From Myxococcota bacterium (GTDB lineage Bacteria; Myxococcota_A; UBA9160; PR03): a DNA stretch of 40,645 nt. Positions 26,095 to 35,299 of the stretch are shown here, in pieces. The translations under genes and the position numbers were made by a program. The notes beneath the pieces are model-generated. The model saw nothing but the letters and a program-made list of their open reading frames with translations, did not search any database and was not told the DNA's origin. Location: assembly GCA_041611735.1 (NCBI GenBank), contig JBFIML010000041.1:1-40645 (forward strand), given 5' to 3'. Numbering within the stretch: the stretch's first letter is position 1; the number at the start of each line of letters is the position of its first letter.

Positions 26095-26501
26095 GCGCTG
26101 CCGGACGCCGGGACGGCTTCGGGCTCGTGAGCGCCCTCTTCGTGCTGGTGGTGCTGGCGGCCGCGGGCGCGATCCTGCTGAACGTGGCGGGCGTGCAGCG
26201 GCGCACGGGCGTCGCGGCGCTCCAGGGCGCCCGGGCCTGGCACGCCGCCCGCAGCGGCCTCGAGTGGGGCATCTGGCAGGCCCTCGACGCCGGCGCCTGC
26301 CCGCCGCCCACCACCCTGGCCCTGGCCGAGGGCGGCCTGCTGGGCTTCGGGGTGCAGGTCTCCTGCACCAGCACGACCCACACCGAGGACGGGGCCACCG
26401 CCCGCGTGTATCGCCTGGTGGCCGTGGCCTCCTACGGTAGCTTCGGGGACGCGGACTTCGTGCGTCGCCGGCTCCAGGTGACGCTCCACGATGCGCCGTA
26501 G
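26091..26501 (+). CDS. mshP: MSHA minor pilin MshP (PilX-like, no Glu5)
   Basis: GTGA overlap; G|FGLVSALFVLVVLAA, GARAWHAARSGLEWG, a Cys pair, FVRRRLQV. Confidence 0.88.
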   Translation: MSAAGRRDGFGLVSALFVLVVLAAAGAILLNVAGVQRRTGVAALQGARAWHAARSGLEWGIWQALDAGACPPPTTLALAEGGLLGFGVQVSCTSTTHTEDGATARVYRLVAVASYGSFGDADFVRRRLQVTLHDAP

Positions 26502-29208
26502 CCGCCGGCTCCGGGCCGGACTCATCGCGCTCCTCGCCCTGGTGGGACCCGCCGGGCCGGCGCTCGCCGCTCCCACCATCTACGACTACGCCAACCGCAC
26601 GCCCGGCACCAACGCCTTCGCCTACCACGGGGAGGACTCGGTCCAGGTGCCGACCACCGCCACCACGCCCAGCACGGTCTTCAACGCGGCGGCCTACAAC
26701 GCCATCAAGACCGACGACGGGGTCTTCCACTCCTACACCGTGGGGGCCAACAACAACTACGGCCAGAGCCGCTTCGTGATCACCATCGACGAGCCCCGGG
26801 CCTCCGTCACGCGCATCGACGCCACCTGGACCGGGAAGGGCGTGAACGCCAACAACGGGCGCATCGACGGCGCCCATCTCTACATCTGGAACTACGCCAC
26901 CTCGAGCTACACGCTGCTCCAGGCCTCGGCCAACACCGAGGCGAAGGTCACGCTGAGCGGTGCGATCACCGGGAACCCCCAGGACTACATCGGGGGGCCG
27001 GGCCTGAACAGGATCACCCTGCTGGCGGTGGACGCCGACCGGAAGACGGGCAGTCCCCAGAACAACGAGCTCTCCACGGACTACGTGCGGATCGCCGTCA
27101 CCACGTCGATCGCCTACTTCCTGGTGATCCACGACGGCGCGGGCATCCACTGCCTGGGCGAGACGGTGACCGTGGTGGCGAAGGCTGCGGACGGGACCAC
27201 GGTCACCGGCTACACGGGCTCCATCACCCTGGACACCCAGACCGGGACGGGCACCTGGTCGAGCACGCCGGGCAACGCCGGAGCCTTCTCCGACGCCACG
27301 CCGAACGACGGGCGGGCCACCTACACCTTCGCCCCGGCCGACGCCGGCCGGGCCACCTTCGTCCTCGACTACCGCAGCGGCCCGGCGAGCTTCGACATCG
27401 ACGCCTTCGAGACCGCGAACCCCGCCGTGCGGGACGACGACAGCGAGGGGCTGATCCGCTTCTCCCCGAGCGGCTTCACGGTGACGGCCAGCGCGCTCTC
27501 GAACCCCCCGCCCAACCCGCTCAACAGCCCGATCCCGACCCAGACGGCCGGGCTCCCCTTCGCGCTGCACCTGACCGCCTACGGCCAGACCCCCACGGAC
27601 CCCGTCTGCGGGGTCATCGAGAGCTACACGGGAGGAAAGTCGCTCAAGTTCTGGTTCGACTTCCTGGACCCGGCCACGGGCACCCGCGCGGTCACCATCG
27701 ACGGGGCCCCGATCCCCGCTGCGGAGGCCGCCGCGGCCGCCCAGGCGGTGGTCTTCAGCAACGGGCAGGCCGCGGTCACCGCCAAGTACAAGGACGTCGG
27801 GTTGATCCGGATCCGGATGAAGGACGACACGGTGACGGAGCCCGCCGGCGGGATCCGGGGCGCCACCAACCCCTTCGTGGTGAAGCCCGCCAGCTTCGTG
27901 GTGACGAGCGTCGAGCGCCCGGACGGGAGCCCGAACCCCGGCACGGCGATCCCCACGGGCCCGGTCTTCGTGGCCGCCGGCACCCCCTTCCGTGCCACCG
28001 TCGAGGTGCGCGACGCGGAGGGCGACCTCACCCCCAACTACGGCCGGGAGGCCACGCCGGAAGGCCTGCGGCTCGAGGCGGCGACGCTGGTGGCGCCGGC
28101 CGGCGGCCGCAACGGCACCGCCAACGACGGGGCCATCGCCAACGGGACCGCCTTCGCGGTCACCGCGACGCCGGGACGCTTCCTGGGCACGACCTTCTCC
28201 TGGGACGAGGTGGGCGCGATCACCCTTCGGGCCCGGGTGGCGGACGGCGACTACCTGGGCGCCGGCGACGTGACGGGGACGGTCTCCGGGACGGTGGGCC
28301 GCTTCGTGCCGGATCACTTCGACGTGGCCCTGAACGCCCCGCAGCTCGGGACCGTGTGCCCGTCCGGCGGCTTCACCTACTGGGGCGAGCTCTTCGACTA
28401 TACGGCGACGAACGAGCCCCGCGCGACCGTCACGGCCCGCAACGCCGGGGGCACGACCACCGCCAACTACGCCGGAAGCTGGTTCCGCCTCACGGCCACG
28501 AGCCTGACCGGACTGGCCTATGCGAGTGCCACGGGAACCCTCTCCGTGGCGGCGCCGAACCTCCCGACGGTGACCGACCTGGGCGGCGGCCTCGGCTCCA
28601 TCCTGTTCGACACCGGCCCCCCGCTCTCCTTCGTGCGCGGGACGCCGGGGGCCCCCTTCGACGCGGAGATCGCCCTCGCCCTGGACGTCGTCGACCTGGA
28701 CGGGGTCTTGCACCCGAGCAATCCGGTGCGCTTCGGGGACGCCTCGCCCGGCAACGGGATGGCCTGGAGCGCCGGGAAGTCGATCCGCTGGGGTCGCCTC
28801 GTGGTGGGCAACGCCCACGGGTCGGAGCTGGTGACGCTGCCGGTGCCCCTGCGCGCCGAGTGGTTCGACGGCACGAGCTTCCTGACCCACCTGGCGGACG
28901 CCTGCACCTCGCTACCGCTGCCGCCGCTCCAGCTCACCCCGGTCCCCGGCAGCCTGGTGACGACCCCGAGCCTCGCCCACGATCCGCTGGTGGCGGGCGA
29001 CGCGGGCCTCTCCCTGAGCCCGCCAGGGGTGGGCAATACCGGCTACGTGGATCTGCTCTACGACCTCTCGCCCGCCGGCGCCGACCGCCCCTGGCTCCGC
29101 TACGACTGGGACGGCGATGGGAGCCACGACGACGACCCGACGGGGCGCGCCACCTTCGGGATCTACGCCGGCGAGGACGCCCTGATCCATCGCCGCGAGC
29201 TGTACTGA
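26491..29208 (+). CDS. mshQ: MshQ-like pilus tip adhesin
   Basis: Signal peptide, 905 aa Thr/Gly-rich beta protein; MshQ C-terminal motifs WDEVG, GRFVPDHF, WGRL..NAHGSEL..LP, PWLRYDW...DP..RATFGIY...IHRRELY; last gene of the msh operon. Confidence 0.88.
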   Translation: MRRSRRLRAGLIALLALVGPAGPALAAPTIYDYANRTPGTNAFAYHGEDSVQVPTTATTPSTVFNAAAYNAIKTDDGVFHSYTVGANNNYGQSRFVITIDEPRASVTRIDATWTGKGVNANNGRIDGAHLYIWNYATSSYTLLQASANTEAKVTLSGAITGNPQDYIGGPGLNRITLLAVDADRKTGSPQNNELSTDYVRIAVTTSIAYFLVIHDGAGIHCLGETVTVVAKAADGTTVTGYTGSITLDTQTGTGTWSSTPGNAGAFSDATPNDGRATYTFAPADAGRATFVLDYRSGPASFDIDAFETANPAVRDDDSEGLIRFSPSGFTVTASALSNPPPNPLNSPIPTQTAGLPFALHLTAYGQTPTDPVCGVIESYTGGKSLKFWFDFLDPATGTRAVTIDGAPIPAAEAAAAAQAVVFSNGQAAVTAKYKDVGLIRIRMKDDTVTEPAGGIRGATNPFVVKPASFVVTSVERPDGSPNPGTAIPTGPVFVAAGTPFRATVEVRDAEGDLTPNYGREATPEGLRLEAATLVAPAGGRNGTANDGAIANGTAFAVTATPGRFLGTTFSWDEVGAITLRARVADGDYLGAGDVTGTVSGTVGRFVPDHFDVALNAPQLGTVCPSGGFTYWGELFDYTATNEPRATVTARNAGGTTTANYAGSWFRLTATSLTGLAYASATGTLSVAAPNLPTVTDLGGGLGSILFDTGPPLSFVRGTPGAPFDAEIALALDVVDLDGVLHPSNPVRFGDASPGNGMAWSAGKSIRWGRLVVGNAHGSELVTLPVPLRAEWFDGTSFLTHLADACTSLPLPPLQLTPVPGSLVTTPSLAHDPLVAGDAGLSLSPPGVGNTGYVDLLYDLSPAGADRPWLRYDWDGDGSHDDDPTGRATFGIYAGEDALIHRRELY

Positions 29209-29223
29209 GGAGCCTCCAGCCCC

Positions 29224-30969
29224 TCAGCTCGCCACGCCGTCCAGGGTGGCCAGGATGCGGGCGTCGCGCTCCAGGCGCCCGGCATGGTTCTCCTCGATGC
29301 GGCGGGCCATGCTCTCGGTCTCGAGCATGCGGCGGCGGATGAAGGCCTCAGCCACGTCGAGGCGCGCCGGGTCCGCGTCCACCTGCCGCAGCAGCTCGGT
29401 CGCCGCGATCAGGTTGATCACCATCTCGGCCATCATCTTGGCGCGCAGGAGCGCGTACTGGATGTCGCCGAAGAGCGTGCGGGCCGAGGCCTCCACGCGC
29501 CCGATGGTCTCCTCGACCCGCTTGGCGAGCTCCGCCCGCTTGGGGTCCTCGGCCATGGCCGCCAGCTCGCTGCGGATCTGGGCGATCACCACCGCGAGGC
29601 TTCCCTTGCCCATCTCGCGCAGGGCGAAGGAGGCCTGGATCTCGCTGGTGCCCTCGTAGACGGTCATGATCAGGCTGTCGGCGTGGAGCTTGGCCACGTC
29701 GTAGTCCATGGTGTAGCCGATGCCGCCGAAGACCTGCATGGCGTCCCGGGTCACGTCGTCGCAGATCTCGGTGGCGAAGTACTTGCAGAGGGGGGTGAGC
29801 AGCCGGACCCGCACGGTGTCACGCTCCAGGTCCTGCTGGATCGCGGCGCGCTCCGCCTCCGGCAGGTCCTTGCGGGCCAGGGCGGCCTCCCGGGCCAGGT
29901 TCAGGTCGGTCTGCTCGAAGGTCCGATAGAGCAGCGCGCGCGCCGCCTCGAGGTTGACTCCCATCTTGGCCAGCATGGTGAGCACCAGCGGTTGCTCGGC
30001 GATCGACTTGCCGAACTGCCGGCGCTCCCGGGCATAGTGGACCGCCGCGCTGAGCGCTGCCTGGGCCAGCCCGATGGCCTGGCCGGCCACGCCGAGACGG
30101 GCGTTGTTCATGAGATCCAGCATGGCGCGGAATCCCTTGCCCTTCTCGCCCAGACGCCAGCCCGTGGCCCCCTCGAAGACCACCTCGCAGGTGGGCGAGC
30201 CGTGGATGCCGAGCTTGCGTTCGAGCCGGGAGACGCGGACGCCGTTGCGGCTGCCGTCGGGCAGCGACGTGGGGACCAGCACCAGGGAAAGGCCGTTGGT
30301 GGTTCCCTTGGACGCGTCGAACGTCTCGGCGTCCCGGGCCAGTACGAGGTGGACGTCTGCCCCACCGTTGGTGATGAAGATCTTGGTGCCGTCCACCCGC
30401 AGGCCTCCGCCCTCGGTCTCGGTGGCCCGGGTCGCGATGCCGCCCAGGTCGCTGCCCGCCTGGGGCTCGGTCAGGTCCATGCACCCCTGGAGCTCGCCCG
30501 AGGCGAAGCGCGGCAGGTAGGCGCGCTTGATCTCCTCGTCGCCGTAGTGCTCGACGTCGCCGGCGGCCCCGGCCTGGAGTCCCACCACCGTCATCAGGCT
30601 GGTGTCCGCCCGGGAGATCATCTCCAGGTACATGCCGTTCACGATGGCGGGCAACCCCGCGCCGCCGTACTTCTCCGAGATGGTGAGGCTCACCAGGCCC
30701 GCCTCGCGGAGCTTCTCGTACGCCTCGCGGATGTGTGCGGGCGGCCGGGCGCGTCCGTCCTCGGTGAGCTCCGCTTCCGCATGCCAGTGCTCGCGGGCCG
30801 GTCTCTCGAACGACGCCGAGAGCGCCGCCACCGTCTCGAGGATCGTGCGGTAGGAATCCGTCTCCGCCGCCACGTCCGGTGCGCTGCCCGAGCGCAGCTC
30901 CGCCAGGCGCTTCCAGTCCACCAGCCGGTCCAGGTACAGCTGCATCACGGGGAGGAAGTAGTCGCTCAT
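29224..30969 (-). CDS. Acyl-CoA dehydrogenase family protein (~581 aa)
   Basis: MDLTEPQAGSDL, GTKIFITNG, KLGIHGSPTCE, MNNARLGVA, YARERRQFGK, QVFGGIGY, VYEGTSEIQ; ATGA-coupled to the ileS stop. Confidence 0.93.
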   Translation of the reverse strand: MSDYFLPVMQLYLDRLVDWKRLAELRSGSAPDVAAETDSYRTILETVAALSASFERPAREHWHAEAELTEDGRARPPAHIREAYEKLREAGLVSLTISEKYGGAGLPAIVNGMYLEMISRADTSLMTVVGLQAGAAGDVEHYGDEEIKRAYLPRFASGELQGCMDLTEPQAGSDLGGIATRATETEGGGLRVDGTKIFITNGGADVHLVLARDAETFDASKGTTNGLSLVLVPTSLPDGSRNGVRVSRLERKLGIHGSPTCEVVFEGATGWRLGEKGKGFRAMLDLMNNARLGVAGQAIGLAQAALSAAVHYARERRQFGKSIAEQPLVLTMLAKMGVNLEAARALLYRTFEQTDLNLAREAALARKDLPEAERAAIQQDLERDTVRVRLLTPLCKYFATEICDDVTRDAMQVFGGIGYTMDYDVAKLHADSLIMTVYEGTSEIQASFALREMGKGSLAVVIAQIRSELAAMAEDPKRAELAKRVEETIGRVEASARTLFGDIQYALLRAKMMAEMVINLIAATELLRQVDADPARLDVAEAFIRRRMLETESMARRIEENHAGRLERDARILATLDGVAS

Positions 30970-33900
30970 GGGGTGCCCTCCGAAGCGGTGCGTGCAATGC
31001 CGATCTCGAGCCGCTCGCCGCCGATGCGGGTCTCGTGTCGGGACAGGTCGCTGCCCGGGATCTCGTCCACGAACTCGACCTCGCGGGCGAGGGTCTGCTC
31101 GGCGATCCAGCTCCAGAAGCGCTCCGCGGCCGCCCGCCAGGGCTCCGGGAGGGCCAGGGCAAGGCGGATGCGGTCGGCCACGTGCAGGCCCGCTTCCTTG
31201 CGGGCCTGTTGCACCGCGCGCACGAGGTCCCGGGCAAGGCCCTCCTGGCGCAGCTCCTCGTCCATCTCGAGGTCGAGGACCACGATGGCCTCCTGGGTCG
31301 ACAGGGCGGCGCACGCCACCCCCTCCCGGGGCTGGAGGCGGAGCGCGTGTTCGCCGGGCTCGAGCGTGTGGCCGGCCACGCGCACCCGCCCGTCGGGCGT
31401 GCGGCTCCAGTCGCCTGCACGGGCCGCGGCGAGCACCGTCTTCATGGCGGGGCCGAGCCGGGGGCCGAGCTGCCGCGCCTTCAACTGGAGCTGGAAGGTG
31501 GCCCAGGCGTCGAAGGACTCCGCCAGCTCCACTTCCTTCACGTTCACCTCGTCGCGGATCAGCTCCACGTAGGGCGCGAGCCCCTCGGCACCGGGCCCGG
31601 CGATGGTGAGACGTCGCAGCGGCTGGCGCACGCGGACGCCGTGGGCGTCGCGCAGGGTGCGCGCCGCGGAGCAGGCATCGCGCGCACGGTCCATGCCGGC
31701 CACGAGCTCCGGGTCGGCGGGGAGTCGCTTCGCGTCGGGCCAGTCCTCGAGATGCACGCTGCGCCGCCCCGTGAGCCCCCGGAAGACCTCCTCGGTCACC
31801 AGGGGGAGCAGGGGGGCCGCGACGCGGCACAGCTCCACCAGGGCGGTGTAGAGCGTATCGTAGGCGTCGCGCTTGTCCGCGTCGGCGCCGGCCTTCCAGA
31901 AGCGTTCGCGGCTGCGCCGGATGTACCAGTTGGTGAGTGCGTCCAGGAAGCCCAGCACCCGCTGGCAGGCGCCGCCCAGGTCGTAGTCGTCCATGCGCGC
32001 CGCCAGCTGCTCCACCAGCTCGCGGGTCTTGGCCAGCAGGTAGCGGTCGAGCGCGCCGCTGGCATCGGTGCGCTCCACGGCCCGCACCCCGTCCACGTTG
32101 GCGTAGAGGCAGAAGAAGGAGAAGGCGTTCCAGAACGGATTCAACACGTTTCGAACCACGTCGCCGATCCCCTTGCCCTCCCGGTCGATGCGCAGCTCGT
32201 TGCCGCGCAGGATCGGCGAGGAGACCAGATACCAGCGCAGGGCGTCTGCGCCCTGGGTCTCGAACACCTGCAGCGGATCGGGATAGTTGCGCAGGCGCTT
32301 GGAGAGCTTGCGGCCGTCTTCGTCGAGCACCGTTCCGTGGCAGATGCAGGTGCGGAAGGGCGGCCGATCGAAGAGGGCCGTGGCCAGCACCACCAGGGTA
32401 TAGAACCAGCCCCGCGTCTGGGGCATGTACTCGACGATGAAGTCGGCGGGGAAGTGGTTCTCGAACCAGTCGCGGTTCTCGAACGGATAGTGCACCTGGG
32501 CGAAGGGCATGGAGCCCGACTCGAACCAGCAGTCCAGCACTTCGGGCACCCGCCGCATGGTGCTCTGGCCCGAGGGGTCGTCGGGATTGGGCCGGGTGAG
32601 GGCGTCCACGGCGGGGCGGTGCAGATCCGTGAGCCGCACGCCGAAGTCGCGCTCCAGCTCCTCGAGGCTTCCGTACACGTCGAGGCGCGGATGGCTCGGA
32701 TCGTCGCTCTTCCAGACGGGAATCGGTGCGCCCCAGAAGCGGTTGCGGCTGATCGACCAGTCCCGGGCACCCTCCAGCCAGTTGCCGAACAGCCCGTCCC
32801 GGACGTGCTCCGGGATCCAGTGGATCTCGCGGTTGTGCGCCACCATGCGCTCGCGGAATGCGGAGACCTGCACGTACCAGGAATCGAAGGCCCGGTAGAT
32901 CAGCGGCGTGTCCGTGCGCCAGCAGTGCGGGTAGCCGTGGACGATGGTCTCCTGCTTGACCAGCGCGCCGGCTTCGCGCAACTGGCGGGTGATGGGCTTG
33001 TTGGCGTCGAAGACTTGCAGCCCCACCCAGGGCGAGACCGGCTCGGTGAAGCGTCCGGCCTCGTCCACCGGGCACACCACCGGGATCCCGGCCGCCTGGC
33101 ACACCTCCATGTCGTCCTCGCCGAAGCCCGGCGCGAGGTGCACCACGCCGGTGCCCTCCTCGGTGCTCACGAAGGCGCCGGCCAGGACCCGGAATGCGTT
33201 CTCGGTGGCGGCGAAGAAGCGGAACAGCGGCCGGTAGCGCCGGCCCACCCAGTCGCGACCCGGGCGGCTTCCGACGCGGCGCGCCCCGGCGAGCTCCGCC
33301 TCGTAGCGTGGCGCCGCGGCCTCGCCCAGCACCACCTGACGGCCGTCGCGCTCGAAGACCGCGTAGGAGACGTCGGGGCCCACGGCCAGGGCCAGGTTCG
33401 AGGGCAGCGTCCAGGGCGTCGTCGTCCAGGCCCACAGCTCGAGCGGGGCCTCGTCGCCCGGCGCCGGCTCGAGCTCGAAGCGCACCGTGAGCGCCGGGTC
33501 CTGCCGGTCGCGGAAGGCGTTGTCGAGACGGGTCTCGAAGTTCGAGAGCGGTGTCTGGCAGGCCCAGGAGTAGGGCAGCACCCGACAGCCCTCGTAGACC
33601 AGCCCCTGGTCCCAGAGCCGCTTGAAGGCCCACAGCACACTCTCCATGTAGGGGAGGTCCATGGTCTTGTAGTCGTGCTCGAAGTCCACCCAGCGCGCCT
33701 GCCGGGTGACGTACTCCTCCCACTCCTTCGTGTACTTGAGCACCGACGTGCGGCAGTGGGCGTTGAAGCGGTCGATCCCGTATTCGAGGATGGCGGCCCG
33801 GCCGGAGACGCCGAGCTCCTTCTCGGCTTCCATCTCCGCGGGAAGTCCGTGGCAGTCCCACCCGAAGCGGCGCTCCACGCGCCGCCCGCGCATGGTCTGG

Positions 33901-34148
33901 TAGCGGGGCACGATGTCCTTCACGTACCCCGTCAACAGGTGGCCGTAGTGGGGCAGGCCGTTGGCGAACGGGGGACCGTCGTAGAAGACGTACTCGTTGC
34001 GTCCGGACGGGCCCGCCGGCCGCCGCTCCACCGACTCGCGGAAGACGCCCTCCTGCGCCCAGTATTCCAGCGTCCTGCGCTCGGCCTCGGGAAAGCGCGG
34101 CTGCGGATCCACCTGCGGGTAGTGCTTCTGCATCGTGTGGTGGCCCAT
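30966..34148 (-). CDS. ileS: Isoleucine--tRNA ligase, type 2 (archaeal/eukaryote-like)
   Basis: DGPPFANGLPHYGH, GWDCHGLP, WTTTPWTLPSN, GTGVVHLAP, DWSISRNRFWG, DCWFESGSMP, QTRGWF, KLSKR, C-terminal EGLARDLVRAVQQARK. Alternative ATG at 34133. Confidence 0.97.
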   Translation of the reverse strand: MGHHTMQKHYPQVDPQPRFPEAERRTLEYWAQEGVFRESVERRPAGPSGRNEYVFYDGPPFANGLPHYGHLLTGYVKDIVPRYQTMRGRRVERRFGWDCHGLPAEMEAEKELGVSGRAAILEYGIDRFNAHCRTSVLKYTKEWEEYVTRQARWVDFEHDYKTMDLPYMESVLWAFKRLWDQGLVYEGCRVLPYSWACQTPLSNFETRLDNAFRDRQDPALTVRFELEPAPGDEAPLELWAWTTTPWTLPSNLALAVGPDVSYAVFERDGRQVVLGEAAAPRYEAELAGARRVGSRPGRDWVGRRYRPLFRFFAATENAFRVLAGAFVSTEEGTGVVHLAPGFGEDDMEVCQAAGIPVVCPVDEAGRFTEPVSPWVGLQVFDANKPITRQLREAGALVKQETIVHGYPHCWRTDTPLIYRAFDSWYVQVSAFRERMVAHNREIHWIPEHVRDGLFGNWLEGARDWSISRNRFWGAPIPVWKSDDPSHPRLDVYGSLEELERDFGVRLTDLHRPAVDALTRPNPDDPSGQSTMRRVPEVLDCWFESGSMPFAQVHYPFENRDWFENHFPADFIVEYMPQTRGWFYTLVVLATALFDRPPFRTCICHGTVLDEDGRKLSKRLRNYPDPLQVFETQGADALRWYLVSSPILRGNELRIDREGKGIGDVVRNVLNPFWNAFSFFCLYANVDGVRAVERTDASGALDRYLLAKTRELVEQLAARMDDYDLGGACQRVLGFLDALTNWYIRRSRERFWKAGADADKRDAYDTLYTALVELCRVAAPLLPLVTEEVFRGLTGRRSVHLEDWPDAKRLPADPELVAGMDRARDACSAARTLRDAHGVRVRQPLRRLTIAGPGAEGLAPYVELIRDEVNVKEVELAESFDAWATFQLQLKARQLGPRLGPAMKTVLAAARAGDWSRTPDGRVRVAGHTLEPGEHALRLQPREGVACAALSTQEAIVVLDLEMDEELRQEGLARDLVRAVQQARKEAGLHVADRIRLALALPEPWRAAAERFWSWIAEQTLAREVEFVDEIPGSDLSRHETRIGGERLEIGIARTASEGTP

Positions 34149-34166
34149 GCGGTTCGGCCCGGACGA

Positions 34167-34195
34167 AGCCTACCGCCCGCCCGACACACGGACAA
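34167..34195 (-). promoter_or_regulatory. Sigma70-like promoter for ileS
   Basis: TTGTCC (34195-34190) - 17 nt - TAGGCT (34172-34167). Confidence 0.55.
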
Positions 34196-34252
34196 ACGGA
34201 CCGGCAGTCGCATTTCGACGCTGTGGCGCACCGCTGCGATATGCTGCCGGGT

Positions 34253-35299
34253 GTGCGCATCGTCGACCTGCGCAGCGACACGGTGACCCGACCCACCCCG
34301 GCCATGCGCGAGGCGATCGCGCGGGCCGAGGTGGGCGACGACGTCTACGGGGAGGACCCCAGCGTGAACCGCCTCGAGGCCGAGGCGGCGGCGCGAGTGG
34401 GGAAGGCCGCGGCGGTGTTCGTGCCCTCGGGCACCATGGCCAACCAGTTGGCGTTGCGCGCCCAGACGCAGCCCGGTGACGTGGTGCTGGCCGGCGAAGG
34501 GGCGCATCTGCTGCGCTACGAGGCCGGCGCGCCGGCGGCGCTCTCCGGCCTGCAGGTGCAGACGATCGGCGCCGGCGGACTCTTCGAAGCCAGCGACGTA
34601 CGCGCGGCGATCCCGCCCGCCAACCTGCACGTGGCGCCGGCCACCCTGCTCGCCTTCGAGAATACCCACAACGCCGCCGGCGGGCGGGTCTTCCCCCTGG
34701 AGCAGCTGCGGCAGGCGGCGGCGGCGGGGCGGGCTGCGGGGTTGCGCCTGCATCTGGACGGGGCGCGGCTGTTCAACGCGGTGGTGGCCACGGGCGTCCC
34801 GGCGCCGCGCTGGGCGGAGCCGTTCGACACGGTCTGCTTCTGTTTCTCGAAGGGGCTCGGGGCCCCCGTGGGCTCGGTGGTGTGCGGGGAGGCGGAGACC
34901 CTCGCGCGGGTGCGGCGCTTCCGGAAGATGTTCGGGGGGGGCATGCGCCAGGCGGGGGGGCTGGCGGCCGCGGCGCTGCATGCCCTGGAGCACCACGTGG
35001 TGCGTCTGGCGGAGGATCACGCCAACGCGCGCCGTCTGGCCGAGGGACTCGGGAAGCTCGGCCTCGAGGTGGCGCCGCCGCCGGAGACGAACATGGTGCT
35101 GTTCCGCTATGCGGACCAAGCCGGCTTCCTGCGTGCGTCGCGCGCGCGCGGGGTGCTCGTCAACCCGATCGCGCCGGGCACGTTCCGCGCGGTGACGCAT
35201 CTGGACGTCTCGGCGGCGGACGTGGAGGAGGCGCTCGACCGCATCGAGCACGCGCTGCGCGACCTGCGGGCCGCGTCCGGTCCCCAGTCGGGCGGCTAG
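34253..35299 (+). CDS. ltaE: Low-specificity L-threonine aldolase
   Basis: DLRSDTVTRP, GDDVYGEDP, PSGTMANQ, ENTHN, HLDGARLFNA, CFSKGLGAPVGS, GGGMRQAG. Start is GTG 34253 or ATG 34241. Confidence 0.93.
   Translation: MRIVDLRSDTVTRPTPAMREAIARAEVGDDVYGEDPSVNRLEAEAAARVGKAAAVFVPSGTMANQLALRAQTQPGDVVLAGEGAHLLRYEAGAPAALSGLQVQTIGAGGLFEASDVRAAIPPANLHVAPATLLAFENTHNAAGGRVFPLEQLRQAAAAGRAAGLRLHLDGARLFNAVVATGVPAPRWAEPFDTVCFCFSKGLGAPVGSVVCGEAETLARVRRFRKMFGGGMRQAGGLAAAALHALEHHVVRLAEDHANARRLAEGLGKLGLEVAPPPETNMVLFRYADQAGFLRASRARGVLVNPIAPGTFRAVTHLDVSAADVEEALDRIEHALRDLRAASGPQSGG

Noticed and set aside
34165-34177. ops-like GGCGGTAG upstream of ileS
   Set aside because: It overlaps the predicted -10 (TAGGCT), so it would not be transcribed, and it lacks the nnTG ending.
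30970-34305. 1693 aa ORF suggesting a giant fusion onto the acyl-CoA dehydrogenase
   Set aside because: The upstream part is an alternative frame over ileS; the real start is the ATGA-coupled ATG at 30969. The same applies to the long track ORFs extending the RND permease, pqqE, mshG and the amidase.
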